Shown: positions 1 to 14,030 of the stretch, in pieces
Layout: each line of letters opens with the position of its first letter
Position numbering within the stretch: the stretch's first letter is position 1
DNA from: Octopus sinensis
Taxonomy: Eukaryota
Direction: 5' to 3'
Length of the DNA: 64,000 bases
Assembly: GCF_006345805.1 (NCBI RefSeq)
Contig: NC_043008.1
Span: 53,134,001-53,198,000 of the forward strand
Translations under genes and position numbers: made by a program
Notes under the pieces: generated by a model
Told to the model about the DNA's origin: nothing
The model's database searches: none
Seen by the model: only the letters and a program-made list of their open reading frames with translations

Positions 1-716
1 CTTGGATGTGCCAGTAGTCTTAATTATTTGGGGTTTTGTTGTATTTATTCCTTTCCTTTGAAAATATAAATCTCAAAGGTTCAAGGTCTAGTCCATTACT
101 TATAAACTTAACAATTATGTGTGTCAACATTTTTTTAATGGAATTTTTTAGGGGTTCACAAAAGAATGTAAGTAAGTGGTATGTTTTGTTTGGTCAGTTT
201 CTTTGCTTCTTGTTATTTAGGGTATTTCCTGTTTGTATTTGGGAGGTGTGGGTTATTAGTCTTGTCTGTCACGGTGCTTTTAGTATAGAAATTTGTTTAT
301 CAAGAGGATGTGGGTAAGTGTAAGAATTGTTGGTCAATATATTTCTCTCTTGGAGTTTTTTGTTCTATAAGCAATTTCATTAAAATGTAGGAATTTTAAC
401 CTTTGTGTTTTATGGAGGCAAAGTTTGTTCAATGTGTTTATAAATATTTCTTCAATTCTGTTTCAAACATGGGTATTTTATAATATATTATTTTAGGCCT
501 ATGTATATGTGAAAATTGGGCATTATAAAAGCTGTGTATATAAAAATGGGAATAAAATTTAATTTCAAAAATTGATTTATATAAAGCCAAGATTAACTTC
601 AATACATGCAATCCGGCAATGGCTTAGCTGGCCAAATCTTCAAAGTCATTGTCAATAATATTTTGGTTTAAGAAAAACTAATTTGTTTCTTTAAATAAGT
701 ATAGAGTTACTCATCA
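1..716 (-). mobile_element. Possible decayed Penelope-like retroelement ORF relic
   Basis: A-rich minus frame with scattered stops (KIPMFETELKKYL...NNSYTYPHPLDKQI...KNSIKKMLTHIIVKFISN...) loosely resembles the PLE RT-to-endonuclease linker; a decayed CTGATGA...GAAAC motif lies at about 680-716. No catalytic motif seen. Confidence 0.3.
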
Positions 717-729
717 GAATAATGTACAA

Positions 730-1099
730 TTGTTTTTATTATAGCTGAGCATATATACATATATACATACATGTATACATATATACACATATACATATAT
801 ATATACACACACATATATACAGGTATATATATTTATGTGTGTGTATATTGTGTGTATGTGTGTGCACACGTACATAGACACACACATACATATAATGCCT
901 AAAAAAATCTTAACATATGTGGGTGTATGTATATACATCCATGCATGTATATGTTTATATATGTGTGTATGCATGAGTGTGTGTGTACATCTATATACAT
1001 ATATATGAATACACACACACACATATATGGCACATGTATTTACATATATAATATATGTATATATATTGTATATATATGTATATATATGTATATGTTATA

Positions 1100-1140
<41 letters not shown>

Positions 1141-1564
1141 GAGTGGAATTTATGGTATTATCTTCAATTCCTTAGTTACATGTGTTTCATCACTACATGG
1201 TTCAAAAGTAATACATTTAAACCTTTGCCTGATAAGACACATATAGCTTACTTATACTTTGTTGTAATATTACAATTTCACAGTATTCATATTTATGTTG
1301 ATGATATAAATATTCCATGTGTGGTGTTGAAACACACATAACTAAAGAATCCAATATAATATCACAAACTCTGCAGCTTATGCTATATTCTGTAATTAAT
1401 TTATCAGCCCTGGAATCTGAGTTCGTATGGATGGTTTCTACACACATACACTTTCGTAGCCAGTATTCAGAAGAATGCTGAATGATGTACAACATTGGAT
1501 TTATAATCACTAATCATCTCTTATCTGCTATACATGCAAATATGTACATACGTAGGTACATACA

Positions 1565-1595
<31 letters not shown>

Positions 1596-1621
1596 GTGTG
1601 TGTAGATATATATACATACAC

Positions 1622-1652
<31 letters not shown>

Positions 1653-1897
1653 CATATATATAAGTATGTATATATGTATGTATCTACACACATATATATA
1701 TGCATATATATATATATATGTGTGTGTGTATAAATGTAAGTATATATATATATATATATATTATATGTACACATACATACACCCATATATATATATATAT
1801 ATACATACATTTATACACACACACTCTCACACATATATATAGATGCATGAATGAATCTATATATATATTTATAATATTTATATTTATGATGGTGATG

Positions 1898-1932
<35 letters not shown>

Positions 1933-2330
1933 AACATGCACACATACACACACACGCAGACAGTCATGCACATATACACATTATAATGTTCTGGTTGCTC
2001 TGAAAAGCAATAGAGTAATTTAAGATTTACACTAAACATTGAGTATATTTAACCATTTTTTTATAAGCTCAAACATAATTACAGGCATGTGTGTGTGTGT
2101 GTCTGTGTGTGCATGCACGTGTGTGTGTAAGTGCTTGTGTAAGTGGGTATGGGCAAGTAAATACAGATTTTTTTATGTATGTGTATGTATACACAAACAT
2201 ATACATACATATGTATATATACATAAATATATATGTATATATATATAAATATATATATACAGATATATATACATATATTATATACATATATATATATATA
2301 TATAAATATATATATATCATCACCATCATC
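730..2330. repeat. Compound (TA)n/(CA)n/(TACA)n microsatellite region with a short unique spacer (about 1140-1530)
   Basis: Directly visible; explains the YI/CV/TH-rich ORFs. Confidence 0.95.
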
Positions 2331-2760
2331 ATCATCATTATCATCGTTTAATGTCCACTTTCCATGCTAGCATGGGTTGGACGATTTGACTGAGGACTGG
2401 GGAACCAGATGGCTGAGCCAGGTTCCAATCTGATCTGGCAGAGTTTCTACAGCTGGATACCCTTCCTAACGCCAACCACTCCGAGAGTGTAGTGGGTGCT
2501 TTTTATGTGCCACTGGCATGAGGGCCAGTCTGGCAGTGGCCACGCTTGAAAATAGTGTTTTTTACGTGCCACCTGCATAAGAGTCAGTCCAGCAGCACTG
2601 GCAATGACCTCGCTCAAATGTTTTGTTCACGTGCCACCGGCACAAGTGCCAGTGAGGCAATGCTGACAACGATCACGCTCAAATGGTACTCTTTATGTGC
2701 CAGACAGCTGCACTGGCAGTGATCCCACTTGGATGGAGCTGTTAGCGCTCCACTGGCATG
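2330..2760 (-). mobile_element. RTE-clade LINE 3' UTR fragment (family B)
   Basis: CATCATCGTTTAA-GTCC...CATGCTAGCATGGGTTGGAC...CTGGAT-CCCTTCCTAACGCCAACCAC with internal TTTTAYGTGCCAC repeats; the same family is joined to RTE C-terminal coding sequence at 34497-35163. Confidence 0.8.
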
Positions 2761-2771
2761 GGTGCCAGTTT

Positions 2772-2977
2772 GTGTGTCTGTTTCTCCACCCCCATCACTT
2801 GACAACTGATGGTGTGTTTACATCCCTGAAACTTAGCAGTTCAGGTAAAGAGACTGGTAGAATAAGTACAAGGTTTACAAAGAATAAGTCCTGGGGTCCA
2901 TTTTTGATCAACTGAAGTTGGTGCTCCAGCATGGCTGCAGGGAAATGTCTGAAACAAATAAAAGTATAAAAGAATAA
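2772..2977 (+). mobile_element. SINE family A, 3' half
   Basis: Matches the 3' half of full copies at 6648-7035 and 11508-11992 (CTTGACAAC...AGAATAAGTAC...GGTGCTCCAGCATGGC...GAAACAA). Confidence 0.8.
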
Positions 2978-3049
2978 ATAAATAAATAAATAAATAAATA
3001 TGTATATATATATATATACATATATATATACATATATATATATACATAC

Positions 3050-3099
<50 letters not shown>

Positions 3100-3779
3100 A
3101 TATGTATGTGTATATATATATGCAACATATATCTCTACATATATCTACATATACCTACAAAAGTTCGCACTGAGCATACATGTGTATGTGTATATGTGAA
3201 CATCCATATACTGTATATATATATATATATATATATATAGATATGTGTGAGTGTGTGTGAGTGTTTGTGTGTGTTTGTATTTGTGTGAGGTGGTGTACAT
3301 ATACATATATATACATACACATACACACATACACACATATATATGCAGAGATACGTACACACATAGAGCCACATAGACACATGCATGCATACACAAACAC
3401 ATGCACAAATGCACGGAATGAAAGAAAAAGTGAACTGCAGCTGTGAGATTTGAACTCAGAATCTAGAGGCTGGGAACACACACTGCTATGTATCGAAACT
3501 CATACTTTAACAACTCTTATGATACACTGCTTGACTCTCACTCCGGAGTCTTAGGAAAAGAAACGGAAAGAAAAGAAAAGAAAATGGCCACATTGAATAA
3601 TGTAGTCCCAGATACATTACGCCTGACAAAGACAGGATTGTTATAGCCAGGAGTCCTTTGATCATAGGTCTGTTTGATCACAGCTCAGAGCCAGCTCGGT
3701 GCTAAACAAGCACAATAACAACAACACCAGCAACAGCAGCAGCACCACCACCACCACCTCCAACAATAACAACAACTCT

Positions 3780-3878
3780 GTAATATATCACTTGTACTTT
3801 GATTTCATACATACATTAATATAATATATTATATATATATATACATACATATATATACAACATATATATATATACATA

Positions 3879-3917
<39 letters not shown>

Positions 3918-3922
3918 TACAT

Positions 3923-3985
<63 letters not shown>

Positions 3986-4330
3986 GATAGATATAATATA
4001 TATATATTATATATATGTGTTGTATATAATAATAATATATATATATGTGTATATATATATATATTATATATTATATATAATATATATGTGTGTATAATAT
4101 ATAATATATATATATATATGTGTATATATATATATAATATATGTAGATAGATATATGTATATACACATGTATTCATATATGTATATGTGTAGGCATATAT
4201 CTGTATATTATAAATATATATTTATATAAACATATACACACACATATATATATATGCATATATATATGCATATATATATGCATATATATGCTTATATATA
4301 TATATATATGCATATATATATGCATATATA

Positions 4331-4382
<52 letters not shown>

Positions 4383-4560
4383 ATAATATATGCATATATA
4401 TATGTATATTATATATATATATATATATAGTATATATATATATTATATTATATATATATATATCTATATATACATAATATATTATATATATGTATCTATG
4501 TATGTATGTATCTATGTATGTATATAAATGAATGAATATATAAATGAAAAAAATGAGTAA
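3780..4560. repeat. Long degenerate (TA)n tract
   Basis: Directly visible. Confidence 0.95.
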
Positions 4561-5019
4561 ATAAATAAACTGTCTTTACTTTTTAATCAAGAGAGAGAGA
4601 GAGAGAGAGAGAGTAGAGATGAGAGAGAGAGAGCGATCAATACTCAATACTGCCAATGTGATTCCGTCGAAAATAACGTCAACAAAAATAGGAACAAAAA
4701 AAAAATTATAAGCAAACAAGACAAAAAAAAAAACAAAACAGAACAAAACAAAACACAATGCATGATTTATTTGTTTCAGTTGTTTTGTAGTTATCTGATT
4801 GAAATGAATACAGCTGGCCTCAGTGCCACGATTACAAGCAGAACTACAACTAGTGAGCTAATGGATGGTCGTCTAATGGGAAGGGAAGCAGAAGGTCACT
4901 TCGGATGACCGTGGTGTGTCAATGGCCAAAGCAAACCAGTTGAAACGGCACTTTCGATATTCCATACAATTAACCTTCGAAATATATAGGATCTGCTTCT
5001 GTGATCGGGTTTATAACTG

Positions 5020-5572
5020 TTGTGTGTCATCGTCGTCATCATTGATGTTGTCGTCGTCGTTGTCGTCATATCATCATCATCATCGTCGTCGTTGTCGTCA
5101 TATCATCATCATCATCGTCGTCGTCATCATCATCTTCATCATCATCATCACCATCACCATCACCATCATCATTGTCATCATCAGCGTCTTCTTTATGACA
5201 ATAATGATGATGATGATGATGACGATGGTAATCCATCGTCATCATCATCATCATCATCGTTATTTTCATCATCATTATCATCATCGACATCATCATTATT
5301 TTCATTGTCATCATCATCATTATCATCATCATCGTCATCGTCATCATCGTCATCTTCATTATCATCACCATCATCATCATCATCGTCTTCTTTATCATCA
5401 TCACCATTGCCATCACCATTGTCATCATCATCATCATCAACATATAATCATCATTGTTATTGTCGTCGTCATCATCATCATCATCATCATCATCAACATC
5501 ATCGTCATCATCATCGTCATCATCATCGTCTTCTTCTTTATCATCACCATCACCATACTCATTATCATTCCC

Positions 5573-5613
<41 letters not shown>

Positions 5614-5630
5614 AATCATCATCATCATGG
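5020..5630. repeat. About 600 bp degenerate (ATC)n/(GTC)n tract at the tail of a decayed RTE 3' end (about 5626-5870)
   Basis: CAT/CGT triplets run into CATGGCAGGGGTTAGACAGG...CCCTTCCTAATACCAAACAC, a diverged family B end. Confidence 0.85.
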
Positions 5631-6485
5631 CAGGGGTTAGACAGGATGGTTTGACAGGATCCAACAGGCTTGAGGACCATGTTGTGCCCCATCTTCTACT
5701 TTGGCATGGCTTCTATGACCAGAATCCCTTCCTAATACCAAACACTCCACACCATATACAAGGATGTTTTCAATTTTTTAGCGCCACCAGCACTAAAGTA
5801 ATCTTGCCATGGATCTTGAAAAACAACAAACCCCATAAGAGAAATGGCTTGCAGGAAGATGAGGGAAGGAACTAAGGAAAAACAGCTTTGTTTTTGTTAA
5901 GGAGTTACATGGTAACCCTCAAATTATTGGTAATAATTCTTCGTAATTTTGGCACGGAACTAACAATTTTAAGAGGAGAGGAAAGTCAATTACTTCAGCC
6001 TCTGTGCTTCATTGGTATGTTTGTTATCAAACCCTAAAAGGATGGAAGTCAAAATTGACCATGGTAGGACTTGAACTCAGAATGCACTCAAGCATTTACA
6101 GTGACAAAAGTTCCAGTGCAATTTTCCAGAACTTTCCTTAAGAATTGCCATTCCAATTAGTTTGAAAGAAATGATCTCTTGACACAACAAGGGAATTTTT
6201 ATCTGTTGATGAAACATTTATATGTTAATTAGGTAAGAACGACCCGGGGCCTTATGGTGCTAATTACAGGCAAAGTTTATCATTATAATTAATGTTTTCA
6301 TCTCTGCAGTTATTTATTATCGGTTGTTTTGATTTTGTCTGTTCCTTGTGTTCTTTATTGTTTGTTTTGAAAAGGAAATGGTTATTAAAATTGTTTATAA
6401 AGAAACTTCCATCTGAAGAATTTTGGTGCATCAAGCTTTTGTCTGGTTATAGAACATAACAGCAATTTGGAGTTAATACTTGGAA

Positions 6486-6624
6486 GGCACAGGTGTAGTT
6501 GTGTGGTAATAAGTTTGCTTCCCAACCACATGGTTCTGTGTTCAGTCCCAGTGCATGCCACCTAGGGCAAGTGACTTCTACTATATCCCTGGGCTAACTA
6601 AAGCCTTGTGGATTGATTTTGTAT
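6486..6624 (+). mobile_element. SINE family A head fragment
   Basis: A-box/B-box-like GTAGTTGTGTGG...GTTCAGTCCC and CORE-like CTAGGGCAAGTGACTT. Confidence 0.75.
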
Positions 6625-6647
6625 ATATCTTTCTTTTTTTTTTCTTT

Positions 6648-7035
6648 TTTTACTTGTTTCAGTCATTTGACTGCGGCCATGCTGGAGCACTGCCTTTAGT
6701 CGAGCAAATCGATCCTGGGACTAATTCTTTTGTAAGCCCAGTACTTATTCTATCGGTCTCTTTTGCCGAACCACTAAGTAACGGGGGACATAAACACACC
6801 AGCATCGGTTGTCAAGTAATGCTAGGGGGACAAATACAGACACACAAACACACATGCATACACATATATACACACATATACGACGGGCTTCTTTCAGTTT
6901 CCGTCTACTAAATCCACTCACAAGGCTTTGGTCGGCCCGAGGCTATAGTAGAAGACACTTGCCCAAGGTACCACCACAGTGGGACTGAACCCGGAACCAT
7001 GTGGTTGGTAAACAAGTTACTTACCACACAGCCAC
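6648..7035 (-). mobile_element. Full-length tRNA-derived CORE-type SINE (family A) with internal microsatellite
   Basis: Minus strand reads GTGGCTGTGTGGTAAG (A box)...GGTTCAGTCCC (B box)...CTTGGGCAAGTGTCTT (CORE-like), a TA/TG spacer, then the conserved 3' half; many copies in this window. Confidence 0.9.
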
Positions 7036-8469
7036 ATAATATGTGTGGCGGGGTTGTACATATACTAGCAGAAAGACCACCCAGAGGGCAGTTTTCTGCT
7101 AGTCAAAGCTGAAGTGTGTGTGTGTGTGTGAGAGAGAGAGAAAAGAGAGAGAGAGGGAGAGAGAGAGAGAAAGAGAACATTGCAAACAATGTATGAAATA
7201 AACATGAAATGTAAAAACAATACAAATAAAAGCTTATATCGAATATTTAAATTTGTGAACTTGAAATATTCAATTATAAAAGGAAGTTCAGAAAGTGAAT
7301 TTTCCTGAAAACTTCAATTTATAAAAAATCTCACTTGCTTAGTAAATATTTCTTTCAGAAATTCATTGTAGTTATAAAATACTTTAATTCAAACAAACTT
7401 CAAAGTTTAGCATGCTAGAAATAGTAACAATCACATATTTATTATTGTAAAGCATTCCAAACAGCCATACCAACAAAATCATTTTTTTAAAAAATTATAT
7501 CAGTATATTAAGAAATTTTCATTTTATCAAAAATATAATTTAACAAACTCTGGAAACTGATATCATCGTAAACTTCAAAGTTATACAGCTATTTTGTCTT
7601 ACATTCATTCATTCAATAAATAATTTTTTTACATTACATATATAGAATAAACTGTGGGTTTTGTAAATAGCAAATTAGAACTTGAAATGAAAACATTGAA
7701 ATGAATATATATTAAATTATCATTAATGAAAATAGCGATGAGAGGGATTGAAAGACTGTTGCAAATGAAAACGGGAACACTTGCAACAAATTAATATTGT
7801 TTAGTAAAACTTCTCCGCAGTGAAGCAATGAATATTTAAATTCGTGAAAAACTTGTACTTGTACTACTTGTATTTCATAAATAGAAATTACAGGAAATTT
7901 CTTGGAACATGGATTTATAAAAATATTTCCAGACAGTCAAGCCTTTAATAATTGCTTTCTTTTAGCAACTGTACATACCTAATTAATAAGCAGCTTTCTC
8001 CATTATTACATATGTGTGTGTGTGTGTATATGTGTGTGGGTGTGTGTGTGTATGCATATATGCATGTATATATGTATGTAGGTATGTATGTATGTGTGTG
8101 TCTTAGAGTAGGTGTTTTCCCCCCACCATTGCTTCACAACAGGTGCCAGTTTGTTCATGTCCCTCATAACTTAGCAGTTTGGCAAAAGAGACTGAGAAAC
8201 TAAGGACTAAGATTTTTTTTAAATTAGTAATGATTAGTAATTAGTAATGATTTGTTCAACTAAAGTTTTGGTCACAGCAACCTTGAAGCCATTGGTCAAA
8301 GACTCCTTACCTTGTTGCTTATCCGATGTCCTGCTGCCAACATCTTTGCTATATCCCTGGCACAGGAGCCTAAGGGGTCGCTAGCACATACCTAAAGTGC
8401 CACCCCCCCCCAGTCTACAGACAGAAAAGACGACTTACTCTCCCCTTTACAGCCTGCCACTGATGTAGA

Positions 8470-8606
8470 TGTCCTATCTACTGGACAGCTAGGTGCATTG
8501 GAGCAATGATGAAATGTAGTGTTTATGTTCAGGAACACAATACAGTGCTTGGTCTAGGATTTGAAACCATAATCTTACAATCATTGGCGCAACACTCTAA
8601 CCACTA
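8470..8606 (-). mobile_element. Old MIR-like tRNA-derived SINE fragment (family E)
   Basis: Minus: GTGGCCTAGTGGTTAGAGTG...GGTTTCAAATCC...; related copies near 24130-24320, 37695-37940, 49640-49780, 54600-54740 and 57715-57875. Confidence 0.65.
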
Positions 8607-9542
8607 GGCCACATGCTTTCGGATAAACATTCAGGAAAATATTATAAATCAAAGAAATTTATAAAAAATTCTTTAATCTTTGTGTTGTTTTTACCACCAC
8701 ATTCTTCCTTCACAAGGAACTTGTCACAAAGATTCAAAAGTTTTAATTTGTTTACACTTATTTATTTATTTATTTATTTATTTATCTATTTAGTAAACAA
8801 AATTAATGGTGTTACTACAGATTTGACATTTCTGCAATATTTGTTTTCATTTAAAATCAAATCATAGCCGTACATTTTTGGTGAAAAGAATACATTTCAA
8901 AAATATGCTTCTTCTCAATTTGTCAGTGCTAGGAGAAATAAACTTACATAGACAAGATTACAGTCAGTTCGCTGTTGCTGTTGTTGTTGTTGCTGTTCGT
9001 GTTGGTGTTGTTGTTGTTGTTGTTATTGTCTTGTGTTGCATTCTTTTCAAAGTAGCATGCAATACATTTGATAATAACCATTCCTGTAGATGCCATAATG
9101 ATGCTTTCATTGTTTACTCACTTGTACACTGCTACAGATTCTGCATGTTTCTTTGTTTTCCTTGTTTTATTTTTGTTCCCTTTTTTTTAATTTTTATTTT
9201 TTTAATTTTTTTTTTTTTTTAATATCCTCAACTTGTCTGTTCTGTCTTTTGATAGCAGAAAGAAACTTCTCCGTTTAAAATTGCTTAATTAATCTATAGA
9301 AACCTCAGTCAGGTCTATCATGTCTTTCCTTTCACAACCTGCTTAGATTAAATCCAAACTCGAAAGCGCCAGCTATTATATAATTACAAAGGTGAAATAG
9401 TTCCACTTCTATTTCACAAATCCTACCATTGTTCTCTGAAACCATTTTAATTCTTTGATGGATAAGTTTAGAATAAATTCTTTTAACTAAATGCTGTTCA
9501 TGGCCATAGAGATGGTTGCGATTAAGTTATGATAGCAGTAAT

Positions 9543-9750
9543 ATTGGTTTCAAATTTTGGCACAAACCCAGCAATTTCGCTGAAGGGGGCTAAGTCGATG
9601 AGATCAACCCCAGTGCTCAAATGGTATTTATTTTGTCTCTGAAAAGATAAAGGCAGACTCAACCTTGGTGGAATTTGAACTCGGGACATAAGGACAGACA
9701 AAATGCCACAAAACATTTTGCCCAGCATGGTTAATGATTCTGCCAGCTCA
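9543..9750 (-). mobile_element. SINE family C (tRNA head plus Meta-domain-like core)
   Basis: Minus: TGAGCTGGCAGAATC...GAGTTCAAATTCC...; diverged relative to the clean copy at 20420-20660. Confidence 0.7.
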
Positions 9751-9999
9751 AATCCTTATATGGTAGCAGGAATATTAGTCCTTGATTGTTAGCATGTCGG
9801 GCAAAGTGCTGAGCAGCTTTTCATGTCTATGTGTTGCGAGTTCAAACTCTGCCAAGGTCAGTATAAAAAAAAAAAACTGATTGAATAGGTTGTACATGTA
9901 ATAATTGTGAGGGTGTGTGGCCAAGTGGTAGAGGTATTGCACCCATAATTGCAAGATCGCTGTTTCAGTTCCCAGGCCAGTGGTGTGTTGTATTACTCT

Positions 10000-10600
10000 T
10001 TTCCTCTTTTACCCTTTTACTTGTTTCAGTCATTTGACTGTGGCCATGCTGGAGCACCGCATTTAGTCGAGCAAATCGACCCTGGGACTTATTCTTTGTA
10101 AACCTACTACTTATTCTATTGGTCTATGTTGCCGAACTGCTAAGTTACGGGGATGTAAACATGCCAGCATCCGTTGTCAAGCGATGTTGGGAGAACAAAC
10201 ACAGACACACAAACATATACACACATACGTATATATCATCGTCGTTTAACGTCCGTTCTCCATGCTAGCATGGGTTGGACGGTTCGACCGGGGTTCTGGG
10301 AAGCCAGAAGGCTGCACCAGGCTCCAGTCTAATCTGGCAATGTTTCTACAGCTGGATGCCCTTCCTAACGCCAACCACTCCGTGAGTGTAGTGGGTGCTT
10401 TTTTACGTGCCACCTGCACAGGTGCCAGGCGGGGCTGGCAACGGCCACGGTCAGATTGGTGTATTTTATGTGCCACCGGCACGGAAGCCAGTCGAGCGGT
10501 GCTGGCATCGGCCACGAGTCGGATAGTGCTTTTTACGTACCACCAGACCAGGGATCCTGGCTGTTCAATTCGATTTCGATTTCGCTTGCCCCAACATGTC

Positions 10601-10649
<49 letters not shown>

Positions 10650-10824
10650 TTTATTTATATATATATATATACGATGGGCTTCTTTCAGTTTCTGTCTATC
10701 AGATCCACTCACAGGCTTGGTCGGACTGAGGCTATAGTAGAAGACACTTGCCCAAGGTGCCAGGCAGTGGTACTGAACCCGGAACCATGTGGTTGGTAAG
10801 CAAGCTACTTACCACACAGCCACT
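10000..10824 (-). mobile_element. SINE family A split by an RTE 3' UTR insertion in its internal microsatellite
   Basis: SINE 3' half about 10000-10232, SINE head about 10668-10824, family B sequence in between. Confidence 0.85.
10236..10598 (-). mobile_element. RTE LINE 3' UTR fragment (family B), nested
   Basis: CATCGTCGTTTAACGTCCG...CTGGATGCCCTTCCTAACGCCAACCACTCC and repeated TTTTACGTGCCACC units. Confidence 0.85.
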
Positions 10825-11507
10825 ACACCACACAATAGAAAAATAAAAATAAAACTTAAAAGGACAATGTAGATATTGAAACTAATGTCTTTCCACTTGC
10901 TTAGCAAGTGCTCAACCATCTGAGCTAATTCCCCAGATATTAAATTTATTTAGGGAAAATAAGGGAAAAATTATGCTAAAATAGCACAGTCGGTAATAAG
11001 CAGTTGTGTTGCTTATAAATAAATAGCTGTGTGTGACTACGATCAATGTCTCCTCTATCTAATATATCTAACCACTAAAATTTTAAGTGCTTCTGTTTTC
11101 ATACGGCTTGTTTGTTTGATTTTTATTCTGTTGTTGTTTTATTTGCTAGAGCATCCCACTAATAAAGCGAGGAAGACTAACAGCTTTATCAATAATTCCG
11201 AAAATAAAATTTTAAAAAATAAATTATTAAATTATAAATTATTATTTTTTTAAAATTTTATGTTACGAAATTTTACTGTTTTTAGAACGTCGTTTGGAAA
11301 TTAAGCACATGGCTCAGCTATATTTAAACATATGATCTGCATATGCTGAGCAAGAGGATGGGGTTTTTTTTGAAAGTTTAAATTAGTTTAAAACATTGTA
11401 TATGCAATGAAAATGTGTTTACTTTCACATAATTACATAGCAACACAATAACTTGCAGATATTTGAGAATATGTTAGTTGTGGAAAAGATGTTTAGATAT
11501 TATCTCT

Positions 11508-11669
11508 GCGTGGCTGTGTGGTAAGAAGCTTGCTTCGCAGTCACATGGTTCCAGGTTCAGTCCCACTGTGTGACATCTTGGGTAAGTGTCTTCTACTATA
11601 GCTTGGGGTTGACCAAAGCCTTGTGAGTGGATTTGATAGACAGAAACTGAAAGAAGCCCATCGTGTGTG

Positions 11670-11720
<51 letters not shown>

Positions 11721-11992
11721 GTGTGTGTGTGTATGTATATATATATGTGTGTATGTGTGTGTATGTATATATATATGTGTGTGTGTGTGTTTTTGTGTCT
11801 GTTTATGTGCCCCTGCCATCGCTTGACAACTGATGTTGGTGTGTTTATGTCCCTGAAACTTAGCAGTTCGGCAAAAGAGACCATTAAAATAAGTACTAGG
11901 ATGACAAAGAATAAGTCCTGGGGTTGATTTGTTCGACAAAAGGCGGTGCTCCAGCATGGCCACAGTTAAATGACTGAAACGTGTAAAAGAGT
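11508..11992 (+). mobile_element. Full-length SINE family A with about 125 bp internal TG/TA tract
   Basis: GCGTGGCTGTGTGGTAAG...GGTTCAGTCCC...TTGGGTAAGTGTCTT...GACTGAAACGTGTAAAAGAG. Confidence 0.9.
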
Positions 11993-12889
11993 GTATGTTA
12001 ACATACGGTGAAAGCATAGCTGGTGGTAAGAAGTTTGCTACACGGTCACGATGGTCCAGAGTTCTGTCACACTGTGAGGCACCTTAGGCAAGGGTCTTTT
12101 ACTATCGCCACAGGCCAACCAAAGACTTGTGAAGGGATTTGGTAGTCAGAACATAACAGCAGATGAAATACCGCTAAGCATTTCGCTTGGCATGCTAACG
12201 TCTCTGCCAGCTCACAGCCTTTAATAATAATTTTTCTGTGATTTTCTCACCCGCTCAATGGAAAAGGAATTGGACCATCGCTGAGCAGTGGTTCACCATT
12301 TGATGCAAAGTACACATTGCATTTGGAATGGCACTCAGCCCTAGGGGCCATGCCAAAATTGACACTAGAGCACAATGTGCCTTGTATCCAATCGGATCTT
12401 GCCAACTCATCCAACCCATACCAGCATGGAAAACAGATGTTAAATGATGACAATGATGACGTCGACAACGACAATAATGACAACAATGATGATAATGATG
12501 ATGTTTTTATTTCACAAATTTTAAATGAGTAAAACAAAAGCATACTGCAATCCATTAATGACTACCAAAGTGACTTTTTACGTTGCCAGAAGGAAAAATC
12601 ATTTTTTAAAAAGCATTATTTAGAAAAGGCTACAAAGTTTGCAAGAGACAGCATATGGTTCTCTGTTTCTTTCCTCTTTTTCCCCCTTAATCAGTGATTA
12701 TAAAAACTATTAAAATGAGTGACATTAATGTGTGAGATTGATGTGTAAACATCTAATTTTAAGTCTTTTGCCCTCGATATCAAATTGGTTCAAATTCCAG
12801 ACAATCTTTTTTTTTTTATATGCAACAAATAAACCCTCCGCCCCACCAAAAAAACAACATCCAGTAAAATCATTCTCACTCAACATTTA

Positions 12890-13450
12890 CTAAATTATGA
12901 TGTTATTATAATCGTCATCATCATCATCGCCATCATCATCAACATCGCCATCATCGTCATCAACATTATCATCATCATCATCATCATTATCATCATTATC
13001 ATCATCATCCTTATCATCCTCATCATCCTCATCATTATCATCATCATCATCATCATCATCACCATCATCATCATCATCCTCATCGCCATCATTGTCATCA
13101 TCATTGCCATCGTCATCATCATCATCATCATCACCATCATTGCCATCACCATCATCATCATCATCATCATCCTCATCATCCTCATCATCCTCACTTTCAT
13201 GCTAGCATGTTTTGGGTAGTTTGACAGGAGTTACTCTTCCGTTTTATAGTGCCAACCACTTTACAGAATGCACTGGGTACCTTTTTATGTGGCATCAAGC
13301 ACTATGAGGTCACCAAGTAACTTGCAAAACAAAGGTCCTTTGAGAGGAGTGTAGCATTGAGGGACCTGGCCTTGTGCCTGGTGACAGGTGGGGCCAATGT
13401 AGACACAGGCACAGAAACAGGTGTCTTGCTGTTGAGGAGATACATGGTTA
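12890..13450 (-). mobile_element. Decayed RTE 3' end (about 13195-13450) with about 300 bp (ATC)n tail tract
   Basis: (CAT)n runs into CTTTCATGCTAGCATG...GCCAACCACTTTACAGA. Confidence 0.65.
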
Positions 13451-13473
13451 CTCCTGTCAGAGACAGACAGAGT

Positions 13474-13520
<47 letters not shown>

Positions 13521-13677
13521 GTTAGCAAGGGAGAGAATAAGTGGGAATGAGAGAGAGAGAGGGAGAATGAAAGAAGGAAGGAAAGAAGGAGAGTGGTTGA
13601 AATACAGGTATGTGACAAAGGCTGGCCCTTTGAAATACAGGTATGTGACAAGGCAAGAAGCTTGCTCCCCAACCACA

Positions 13678-14030
13678 TGAAGAAGAAGAAGAAGATGAAA
13701 AAGAAGAAGGAGGAGGAGGAGAAGAAGAAGAAGAAAATGAAGAAGAAGAAGAACAAGAACAAGAAGAACAAGAAGAAAATGAAGAAGAAGAAAATGAAGA
13801 AGAAGAAGAAGAAGAAGAAGAAGAAGAAGAAAATAAAGAAGAAAATGAAGAAGAACAAGAAGAAGAAGAATATGAAGAAGAAGAAGAAGAAAATAAAGAA
13901 AGAGAAAATAAAGAAGAAAATAAAGAAGAAAATAAAGAAGAAAATGAAGAAGAAGAAGGAGAAATAAAGAAGAAGAAGAAAATGATGAAGAAGAAGAAGA
14001 AGAAGAAGACAACGGTATGACTATAAAGGT
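13678..14030. repeat. Polypurine (GAA)n tract with GAAAAT variants
   Basis: Directly visible; source of the poly-K and poly-F ORFs. Confidence 0.95.

Noticed and set aside
4916-5875. Longest ORF (319 aa, His/Ile-rich)
   Set aside because: (ATC)n tract read-through into a decayed RTE 3' UTR.
6130-6470. Apparent 77-nt intron (GTAAGA 6233 to CTGCAG 6309) with a 49-codon downstream frame
   Set aside because: The upstream exon has stops in all frames or ends in TAG, so no coding model; a non-coding transcript is not excluded.
7064-7103. Short inverted repeats (also 9392-9417, 60418-60449, 62861-62879, 63111-63131)
   Set aside because: 8-11 bp stems are expected by chance in 64 kb of AT-rich DNA; no supporting context.
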